A DNA stretch of 13,689 bases from Candidatus Nanohaloarchaea archaeon. GTDB taxonomy: Archaea > Nanohalarchaeota > Nanosalinia > Nanosalinales > Nanosalinaceae. The notes under the pieces were generated by a model. That model searched no databases. It had not been told where the DNA came from and saw nothing but the letters and a program-made list of their open reading frames with translations. Location: NCBI GenBank assembly GCA_042218325.1, contig JBDGRE010000011.1, positions 1 through 13,689 on the forward strand. Reading direction: 5' to 3'. The translations under genes were made by a program, and so were the position numbers. Below, one piece after another: positions 7,171 through 13,689 of this stretch. Numbering within the stretch: the stretch's first letter is position 1; every line of letters begins with the position of its first letter.

Positions 7171-7886
7171 TGGCTCTTGATGAGCATGCTCGACAGGAAT
7201 GGCCTGAAACTATAGAAATAGATGGTGAAACCTACGAAGAAGAATCTCTGGGAGCATACAAAAGAGTCTACAGAAGCCTTGATGAGGAAAATGTTGGAGT
7301 AGTTTCAAGTCGAGGAGCTACTTTTGAAGAACAGGCACTACACACAGCAGGGATAATCCAAAACGAGCAAGTTCAGAGAAACAACGGAATAACCACCGCA
7401 ACCACTTATACGCCAGCTAAAGCCGAGGTTGACGGGCAGGCTTATCCTGCTCTTGTCGGAAGTTTCAGAGATGATCTTGTAACTCACGACGAACTGGACG
7501 AAATGCTTGAAGACAAAGGTTTTCAGGAAAGAGTTTACAGGGAAATCTTCCAACCTGTCAAAGAACTTGCGGAAGAAGGCAAGACTACTGCTTCGCCGCT
7601 TGACTTCATAAACATCGATAACAGAAATAGCTCCAATCTGATATTTGACACTCGAAATTTTGGATATAACCCTGCTACAGACGGTTTAGAAGTATTGGAT
7701 AATGGCGAACTTGAACCAAACGGCTACAACGCCTCAGCTACTGTTCCTGAAGCAGACCTCTCCGATCTCCCTTACGCCGAGCCAGAAGACTTCGCATACC
7801 AACGACCACACGATTCACTGGAAGAATTTATCGAAGACAACAAGGTCGACCAGAAAGCCCAGCAAATGATGTCAGACTTGTTTTAG
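7170..7886 (+). CDS. Acidic hypothetical protein, probable degenerate protein-kinase-like (PKL) fold (238 aa)
   Basis: SLGAYKRVYRS (Gly-loop/beta2-like), DTRNFGY (catalytic-loop Asn) and LEVLDNG (DFG-like) in correct order. Beta3 Lys and canonical DxxxxN spacing not evident. TAATG coupling to upstream gene. Confidence 0.55.
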   Translation: MALDEHARQEWPETIEIDGETYEEESLGAYKRVYRSLDEENVGVVSSRGATFEEQALHTAGIIQNEQVQRNNGITTATTYTPAKAEVDGQAYPALVGSFRDDLVTHDELDEMLEDKGFQERVYREIFQPVKELAEEGKTTASPLDFINIDNRNSSNLIFDTRNFGYNPATDGLEVLDNGELEPNGYNASATVPEADLSDLPYAEPEDFAYQRPHDSLEEFIEDNKVDQKAQQMMSDLF

Positions 7887-7934
7887 TATGTAATGTGGTT
7901 TTCCAGAAATTCTTTCTGAAGATTACAGGTTATC

Positions 7935-7942
7935 TTATTAAA
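7935..7942 (+). promoter_or_regulatory. Probable TATA box of the TA-like operon
   Basis: TTATTAAA about 25 nt upstream of ATG 7967. Confidence 0.5.
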
Positions 7943-7966
7943 GTGAAGAGGTAATTTTCAGGTGTT

Positions 7967-8788
7967 ATGACTTCAGCAGTTGAGGCAGGAATGCCGGAGG
8001 AAAATCCTTTTGGATCGGTTAGAAGCGAGTACGAGAAGCTGAAGAAGATGTATCCAGAAGGAGAGGAGCTAATAGAGGAAGCTGTAAATGTAGTAGCAGA
8101 GGAAAATAGGGAGGAGCTGTTTCAGAACTCCGAAGAATACGTCATAGAACTTCTAAACAGTAATGAAGAGTTCATTAAAAAGATGGACGAGGTCTATGGA
8201 GTTTCCGAAGCCAGTCAATCAGAACTTGTAAGCATACTAAACCAGCTATACTTCGTAGTCAGAAACTCCGTAAGAGGGATGAAAGAGAACCTAGATGACT
8301 ACATTCTCGAACAAGAAGCAAGTTCCGATGCAGTACTTGTAGAGAAAATATTGGATATTTTCGGCAGAGTATTCCACTATGCCTTTGATGAGAGAAACCA
8401 GGAGCCGGTAGAAAGCGTCTCCAAAGCATTTCTGCTATTTGTAAGGCTTATCGCTGCAAGTGAAGGAAAGCTTGATAGAAAAGAACTTTGGAAGGATGCG
8501 GTTCATGTCTCGAAAATGGTGTTAGATGATTTACAGGATGTCAACTTTTTGGTCAGACTCTATAGTTCGGTAGACCAAGTGGCTGCTGAGGAGGCTGAGA
8601 GAGTTGTACGTATCGAGAGGTCTGCCGATCTTTACTTGGAGAGGAAGATGACTGTCTCGAAGGCCGCTGAAGTAGCACAACTTCCTTCTTCAGAACTTCG
8701 GAGTATTTACCAGGATATTGGAGTACCTCTGGAGAGTATTTCTATGAACAAGCAAATGTTGAAGGATGGAATAGATGTCTTACCGTAG
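7967..8788 (+). CDS. Putative antitoxin: long helical N-terminal region + C-terminal UPF0175-like HTH (273 aa)
   Basis: C-terminal ADLYLERKMTVSKAAEVAQLPSSELRSIYQDIGVP fits the UPF0175 pattern (LY..G.IS..KAAE.AG.S..EF...L...GV). Overlaps the downstream PIN gene by 14 nt. Confidence 0.75.
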   Translation: MTSAVEAGMPEENPFGSVRSEYEKLKKMYPEGEELIEEAVNVVAEENREELFQNSEEYVIELLNSNEEFIKKMDEVYGVSEASQSELVSILNQLYFVVRNSVRGMKENLDDYILEQEASSDAVLVEKILDIFGRVFHYAFDERNQEPVESVSKAFLLFVRLIAASEGKLDRKELWKDAVHVSKMVLDDLQDVNFLVRLYSSVDQVAAEEAERVVRIERSADLYLERKMTVSKAAEVAQLPSSELRSIYQDIGVPLESISMNKQMLKDGIDVLP

Positions 8789-9272
8789 CCATATAGTAGC
8801 TGATGCCTCGTTCCTCATAGCATTCGACAAGTGTGATGCTTTCAAGCACTTGAAGAAATATGCGGAGCAGAAGAACTTGCAGATACATACAACGGAGAGA
8901 ATCAAATCTGAGCTTCAGACCGTTGATGAAGATAATATAGATTTTCTGGAAGTAGAGAAGGTACATCTAACCAACTACAAGTACGATAAATCCAAGCTCA
9001 GTAAATCAGATGCATCAGTTCTGAAGATTGCGGAAGAGAACGACTGGATTATAGCAGAAGATGAACGCTACCTCTACATGGCTGCGAAAGAAAAAGACCT
9101 GGAAATAACTCGATCTGCGTCCATGCTAATGAAACTACTATCTGAGGGAATCATAAACAAGAAAGAATACGGCCAGATCGCCGAATGCTTCATTAAAGAC
9201 CTCAACCTCGAAAAGGAAATAGAAGAGGAGATTAAGAACTACCCTGAGAAAATAGAAAAACAAGAGGTCTGA
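8775..9272 (+). CDS. PIN-domain protein, VapC/DUF3368-like putative ribonuclease toxin (165 aa)
   Basis: IVADASFLI (first catalytic Asp), TTERIKSEL (Glu), LSKSDASVLKIA, IIAEDER, and a C-terminal LMKLLSEGII helix typical of DUF3368-type PINs paired with UPF0175. Confidence 0.85.
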   Translation: MSYRSHIVADASFLIAFDKCDAFKHLKKYAEQKNLQIHTTERIKSELQTVDEDNIDFLEVEKVHLTNYKYDKSKLSKSDASVLKIAEENDWIIAEDERYLYMAAKEKDLEITRSASMLMKLLSEGIINKKEYGQIAECFIKDLNLEKEIEEEIKNYPEKIEKQEV

Positions 9273-9521
9273 GAAATAAATTATCAAGCTGAAGCACCGA
9301 ACTGTTTACAGTAAACCGTGGTTCTATTAGGTCTGGAGCTTTGGCAGGTATTAGGTTCGCCGTTTTTCACCTTACTTCTTCGTGTCTGCCCTGGTAAGCT
9401 GCGGTGATTTCGACCGTTCTATTACGGTTTTTCTTGGTGTCTGGAGTAAACGAGTTTCTTGAACTCAGAATTTATCGGAGAACCCATTAGGTTTATAGTG
9501 TGATATAGTGCCCGAATTTCT

Positions 9522-9755
9522 ATGGGCTTTGACACTGGCACAACGAGTATTCATATTACGAAGCAGGATAAGAAGCTGCTGGAACGGAACAACCTGGGTA
9601 ACAAGCAGGTGGGAGAGGCTTACCACACTGCTGTCGAGGAGATGGACAGGCACAGACAGCTTCGACAAGAAAAGAAGAAAGAACTCCGTAAACAGGTGAC
9701 GGAACTGAAGAAAGAATGCGAGAAGTGGGGAATAGACATCTACGACCTGGTTTAG
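9522..9755 (+). CDS. Small ribbon-helix-helix-like protein with C-terminal coiled coil (77 aa)
   Basis: TTSIHITKQDKKLLE...GEAYHTAV resembles archaeal RHH/antitoxin N-termini (TTI.I..E....L......GESY..V). TTTATAG at 9492-9498 lies about 25 nt upstream of the ATG. Confidence 0.6.
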   Translation: MGFDTGTTSIHITKQDKKLLERNNLGNKQVGEAYHTAVEEMDRHRQLRQEKKKELRKQVTELKKECEKWGIDIYDLV

Positions 9756-10600
9756 ATAAACTGTCCTGCAACTGCGTAGCTGATTATGAATATCACAAGT
9801 AGTAGGGCTGCTTGAAGTGAAAGTTTCAGAATCTTTCCGATTATTTTGAGTTTCCAGGAGATCAGCTTCTTGATTTTCCGGTAGGCTGATTTTACTGGTT
9901 TCTTGATGCTTATGCTAGGCAAGGATACAGAAGGGCTAGAGTTTTCTGCTTTATCTGTTTCTTCTTTTTCTGGTATCTGAAACTGTTCTTCATCAAACTC
10001 GAAATGTATGGACTTGTCGCCTTCTATTTCTACCATTCTCTGCTTGACCTGTTCACCTGTAGATACTTTGACTTGGTAGCTTCCTTCGGGTACAAGCTGG
10101 TTGAATTCTCCTGAGCTACTGGCGACAGTTTCATCGTTTTCCTCGTCAACTACCGCTATTTTAGGGTTGAATCCTAATTCGGTTAGGTTCGTGGTTATTT
10201 CAAGGTTTACGAGACTTTCTCGGTATTCTCTGACTTGTTTACCTACAGTAAGAGATTCAAATGAGTCATCGAGTTTGTCCAAGTCTCCCTGTATGTCTTC
10301 AGCTTTTCCCTTATAGTCTTCTTCGAGCAGGTATTTTGTGGTCTGTTTGAAGGCGTCTGCGAGCACTTGATTTACGTCTTCCGACTCAAGGTTTTCTTGG
10401 TCTTTGAGTTGTTGTACTGCTGCTTTTAGCCATCTGTTAGCGGGGTGGCTGGAAATCTGGACTTTTCTCATCTGCTTGGTCTTGCCGTACATAGAGACCT
10501 TGAAGGTTGTTCTCTGCTTCGATCCTAGATCCTTGAGCCTGTTTTCTATATGGTTCAGGTGCTTCGTGCGGAGTTCGTGTAGATTAATGTCTTCTCCCAA
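9752..10600 (-). CDS. Hypothetical C-terminally membrane-anchored protein (282 aa)
   Basis: TTG start preceded by GGTGA. Helical N-terminal region, a PEGA/CarboxypepD_reg-like beta stretch (VPEGSYQVKVSTG...VEIEGDKSIHFEF), a Ser/Pro linker, a basic amphipathic segment and a terminal TM helix (AALLLVIFIISYAVAG). Confidence 0.75.
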   Translation of the reverse strand: MGEDINLHELRTKHLNHIENRLKDLGSKQRTTFKVSMYGKTKQMRKVQISSHPANRWLKAAVQQLKDQENLESEDVNQVLADAFKQTTKYLLEEDYKGKAEDIQGDLDKLDDSFESLTVGKQVREYRESLVNLEITTNLTELGFNPKIAVVDEENDETVASSSGEFNQLVPEGSYQVKVSTGEQVKQRMVEIEGDKSIHFEFDEEQFQIPEKEETDKAENSSPSVSLPSISIKKPVKSAYRKIKKLISWKLKIIGKILKLSLQAALLLVIFIISYAVAGQFI

Positions 10601-10606
10601 GTGTCT

Positions 10607-11467
10607 TCACCTGTCAAATTCGATTCTATCTCCTGTGGCTGTTGGCGGTTTTGTGCATTTGAGGTAAGTTCCGTAGTAGAGGTCGAACTGGTCTGACTTC
10701 GGTTTCTTTTCTACTTCTCCTGTTACAGTGTATTCGTTGGCGTGTTGGAAACTCATCGCATCAGAGTACTGATCGCATTCCAGTTTGATCTTGTAGCCTC
10801 CTCTGGTCTGTAGAAGCGGTTCAAGTGAAAGTGTATTGTAGTAGCCTGTTACAGTTACTTCTTCTCCCTCGTAGTCGTTTGGATTAAGTGCTACCTGTTT
10901 GAGTGTGGTCTTTGTCGGCCCTATGCTTTCGCCTTCTTTGGCCCAGTCTTCACACTGGATACTTGCTACTTCTTCAGCTGTATCGGGTACGCAGCTTCCT
11001 CCAGCGTCTTGTAGGCATTTTCCTACAGGCACTTTCTGGTCGAATCCGTAGTAGTATTCGTTTCCATCTACCTGACATTCACATCGCTTGTACGTTCCTA
11101 CTTCTCCCTTGACCTTGATTTCTTCGTTGTGGGGTACTCGGCAGCTCTTGATGTAAACTCTGGAATCGTTTTCGCCTTTAAGGTAGCTTTCTCCTACGCC
11201 TCTGGCGAGATTTATTGTTCCTGTTGTTCCTTTAACCGTCATCTTCTGTCCGTCGTATTGTTCTATATTTGATGTGATCTGTTCTGGAGTCTTGACAGGG
11301 TTAAGTGCGTCTGTCAGCTGTGACAGGTCGTACTGGTATTCGGAAGGCTGGAATATATCGGAGAAGTTATCTGTTGGTGTTGCTGCTTGTAGCCCGATTC
11401 CGAGTAGTATTACGGCTAATATCCATTTGTATGGTATCCCGAAGAATTGATTTTTCCGCCTCCCCAT
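10607..11467 (-). CDS. Secreted or membrane-anchored protein with two OB-fold-like repeats and 8 Cys (286 aa)
   Basis: Basic N-terminus plus hydrophobic segment (WILAVILLGIGLQAA). Internal repeats TPEQITSNIEQYDGQKMTVKGT and TTLKQVALNPNDYEGEEVTVTGY are typical starts of extracellular OB-fold domains. Confidence 0.75.
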   Translation of the reverse strand: MGRRKNQFFGIPYKWILAVILLGIGLQAATPTDNFSDIFQPSEYQYDLSQLTDALNPVKTPEQITSNIEQYDGQKMTVKGTTGTINLARGVGESYLKGENDSRVYIKSCRVPHNEEIKVKGEVGTYKRCECQVDGNEYYYGFDQKVPVGKCLQDAGGSCVPDTAEEVASIQCEDWAKEGESIGPTKTTLKQVALNPNDYEGEEVTVTGYYNTLSLEPLLQTRGGYKIKLECDQYSDAMSFQHANEYTVTGEVEKKPKSDQFDLYYGTYLKCTKPPTATGDRIEFDR

Positions 11468-11562
11468 ATGCGTTCATTACAGAGTTTTTCAGGCATCTTT
11501 TTGATGGTTTTTGAGCAAGACTTCAGATTAACTATTTTAGAATGGCTAAGAAAACTCTGTTT

Positions 11563-12087
11563 ATGCCTGGCACAGTTTTTCTTGAAGGAGAAAACATCAA
11601 CCTCAGAACGGTTGAAGAAGAGGACATAGAGTTCCTGAGAGATGGAGTTAACCATCCAGATGTACGTGTTCACATGGGTAATAGGACTCCTCAAAATCTG
11701 GAGAACGAAGAAGAGTTCTTCGAAGATCAAGTTTGCGGAGATGATACTCTTGATCTCCTTATCTGTAAAGATAACGAAGCCAAAGGGATTATAACCTTGA
11801 TGCTTAATGACACGGAGAGAGTAGCTGAGATCGGTATCTGGCTACATCCTGACTATCACGGAAATGGTTATGGTACAGAAGCATCTGAAATACTGATTGA
11901 TCACGCTTTTTACCAGTTAAACTACCACAAAATTTGGGCTTATGTACATGCCGATAACGAACCCTCACAAAACATTTGGAAAAAGCTTGGTTTCCAGAAA
12001 GAAGGAAAACTCCGCAAACACACCTATACAGAAGGGGAATACAAGGACGTAATCCCCTTCGGTCTTCTAAAAGGTGAGTGGGAATGA
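11563..12087 (+). CDS. RimJ/RimL-family GNAT N-acetyltransferase
   Basis: INLRTVEEED, AEIGIWLHPDYHGNGYGTEA (motif A), LNYHKIWA, NEPSQNIWKKLGFQKEGKLRKH. Start placed at ATG 11563 (MPGTVFLEG, typical haloarchaeal N-terminus); 11542 is the alternative. Confidence 0.93.
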   Translation: MPGTVFLEGENINLRTVEEEDIEFLRDGVNHPDVRVHMGNRTPQNLENEEEFFEDQVCGDDTLDLLICKDNEAKGIITLMLNDTERVAEIGIWLHPDYHGNGYGTEASEILIDHAFYQLNYHKIWAYVHADNEPSQNIWKKLGFQKEGKLRKHTYTEGEYKDVIPFGLLKGEWE

Positions 12088-12617
12088 CCGAAACCAAATT
12101 TATGGAATGGGATGGCGTACTACTCAGACCGGTAGAAAAAGAAGACAAACAGTTTCTTCGTGATCTCGTACAGCATCCTGAAGTACGGAATACTATCGGA
12201 AGAGCACCTAAACCAGCGAATCTTAAGGAACAAGAGAACTATGTAGAAGAGATAAGCGAAGATGAGGACGCAGCCTACTTCCTAATAGAATATGAAGGTG
12301 AGAAAGCTGGGACAATTTCAATCCACGGGCTGGAAAACGACTATAGGAGAGGCGAATTCGGAATCTCGATCCATCCCGACTTTCATAACAAAGGAATAGG
12401 TACAAAATCAGTTCAGATGATAGTCCAGTATGCCTTCGACACCTTGAATGTGCACAAGGTAAGAGGCGGATACCTCGAACACAATCCGCCTTCGAAGAGG
12501 ATAATGGAGAAAGCAGGTATGCAGGAAGAAGGACAGGAACGTCACTACAAGTATGTAGACGGCGAATGGAAAAACGTCACCTGGATGAGCATACTGGAGG
12601 ACGAATACTATGACTAA
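12084..12617 (+). CDS. RimJ/RimL-family GNAT N-acetyltransferase (second paralogue)
   Basis: LLRPVEKED, GEFGISIHPDFHNKGIGTK, LNVHKV, NPPSKRIMEKAGMQEEG, WMSILEDEY. ATG 12084 overlaps the upstream TGA (ATGA) with AGGTGA at 12072-12077. Confidence 0.93.
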   Translation: MTETKFMEWDGVLLRPVEKEDKQFLRDLVQHPEVRNTIGRAPKPANLKEQENYVEEISEDEDAAYFLIEYEGEKAGTISIHGLENDYRRGEFGISIHPDFHNKGIGTKSVQMIVQYAFDTLNVHKVRGGYLEHNPPSKRIMEKAGMQEEGQERHYKYVDGEWKNVTWMSILEDEYYD

Positions 12618-13668
12618 AGAATTTACACTTCCGCCAACTTTAGAAAAAGGCGACAAAGTGGCTGTTATGGCGACATCAGCAGGAATTAAGGATAGATTTC
12701 CAGCAGCGTTCGAAAAAGGAATAGAAAGATTAGAAGAAAGATTCGAACTTGAACCAGTAGTTTATGATACTGCCGAGAAAGATACTGAACACCTGAATGC
12801 TAATCCTGAAGAGAAAGCGGAAGAGTTCATGGAGGCATTTGAAGACTCTGAAATCAAAGGAGTAATACCTGTATCAGGGGGAGATGAAGAACTAAGAGTC
12901 CTAAAACATCTTGATCCAGAGAGGTTGAAAGATAGTCCAACTCGTTTCTACGGAATAAGCGACAACACTAACCTGCACATGTATCTCTGGAACTTGGGAA
13001 TACAGAGCTTCTACGCAGGGCAAATACTGCCAGACCTCATGAGCGAAGGGGAAATCGGAGAATACACCTACAAACACCTAGAAAGAGCCTTCTTTGAAGA
13101 TAGCTTAGGTAAAGTCGAAGCGTCCAATCAATTCACAGATGAGTTCGTTGATATTGAAGCAGATGAAATAACAGATGATAGGAAGAGATACGAAAGTTCT
13201 GGCTGGGAGTTCTGGAACTTCAACGATGAAATAGTTGAAGGTAGACTGTTCGGAGGTTGTTTCGAGATAATGGACTGGCAGATGGCAACTCAGAAATACC
13301 TTCCAGACCAAGAAGAACTTGAAGGAACAATTCTTGCCTTAGAAACCTCTGAAGAAGCACCAAGCGAAACTACAGTAAAGCGGTGGCTCATGTGTCTTGG
13401 AGAAAATGGAATACTTGACAAATTCTCAGCTATACTGGTAGGAAGACCGATAAGAAAGCCATTACACGGAGAAGAAAGAACTGAGGAAGAAAAACAGGAG
13501 TACCACGAAGACCAGAAAGAACGCATTAAGGAAGAAATCAAGCGATACAGTCCTGAAACTCCTGTTGTCTTCGATGTAGACTTCGGACATACCGATCCAA
13601 AGCTTCCGCTACAGCTTGGAGGCAAGGTAGAACTGAAACCGGCGGAAGAACAGATAGAGTTTGAGTGA
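12610..13668 (+). CDS. S66 family peptidase (LD-carboxypeptidase / MccF-like) (352 aa)
   Basis: PPTLEKGDKVAVMATS N-terminus, SGGD, nucleophile motif FYGISDNT, EGRLFGGC, LALETSEE (Glu), DVDFGHTDP (His). 8-nt overlap with the upstream GNAT. Confidence 0.93.
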   Translation: MTKEFTLPPTLEKGDKVAVMATSAGIKDRFPAAFEKGIERLEERFELEPVVYDTAEKDTEHLNANPEEKAEEFMEAFEDSEIKGVIPVSGGDEELRVLKHLDPERLKDSPTRFYGISDNTNLHMYLWNLGIQSFYAGQILPDLMSEGEIGEYTYKHLERAFFEDSLGKVEASNQFTDEFVDIEADEITDDRKRYESSGWEFWNFNDEIVEGRLFGGCFEIMDWQMATQKYLPDQEELEGTILALETSEEAPSETTVKRWLMCLGENGILDKFSAILVGRPIRKPLHGEERTEEEKQEYHEDQKERIKEEIKRYSPETPVVFDVDFGHTDPKLPLQLGGKVELKPAEEQIEFE

Positions 13669-13672
13669 AATA

Positions 13673-13689
13673 ATGGAAATAAGACGCTA
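13673..13689 (+). CDS. Probable start of next gene (MEIRR...), truncated by window edge
   Basis: ATG 4 nt after the S66 stop. MEIRR is a common GNAT-type N-terminus, but only 5 full codons are visible. Confidence 0.3.

Noticed and set aside
3616-7240. Shared EIDGExY peptide in the 725-aa and 238-aa proteins as a possible export or repeat motif
   Set aside because: A very common beta-hairpin sequence in acidic proteins, found at non-equivalent positions.
2272-7553. Numerous antisense and alternate-frame ORFs of 60-126 aa (similar ones also occur over the 8742-13625 genes)
   Set aside because: They overlap long acidic ORFs and have Ser/Phe/Leu-rich composition expected from the antisense of GAA/GAG-rich coding DNA.
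7890-7927. Imperfect hairpin (TGTAAT...CAGAAA-ttc-TTTCTG...ATTACA) after the kinase-like gene; TTCCAG resembles an ORB core
   Set aside because: Weak AT-rich stem; no full ORB consensus or G-string and no cdc6/orc gene nearby. At most a terminator or operator.

Overview
The window is most likely from a halophilic DPANN archaeon (Nanohaloarchaeota-like). This is inferred from acidic proteins at only mid-40s % GC (estimated by eye), archaeal-type tRNAs without encoded CCA, and TATA boxes about 25 nt before start codons. It opens with the 3' part of argS, followed almost immediately by tRNA-Arg(UCG) and tRNA-Arg(UCU). About 10.5 kb of accessory-looking DNA follows. First come a winged-helix gene and a divergent small gene interrupted by an in-frame TAG, with twin palindromic operators between them, and then a ~170-nt highly base-paired intergenic segment. 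Next is a five-gene co-directional cluster of very acidic, mostly Lys-poor proteins: a dikinase-like protein (ATP-grasp + phospho-His domain, no substrate domain), a 725-aa unknown, a SAM methyltransferase, an EExxH zincin-like protein and a degenerate kinase-like protein. The block ends with a UPF0175-HTH/PIN toxin-antitoxin-like pair, an RHH-like protein and two membrane-anchored proteins. The window closes with a coupled GNAT-GNAT-S66 (MccF-like) peptidase operon. The best novelty candidate is the Lys-depleted enzyme cluster (possible host-directed effectors or a modification system). All protein calls come from motif recognition only; no database searches were run.
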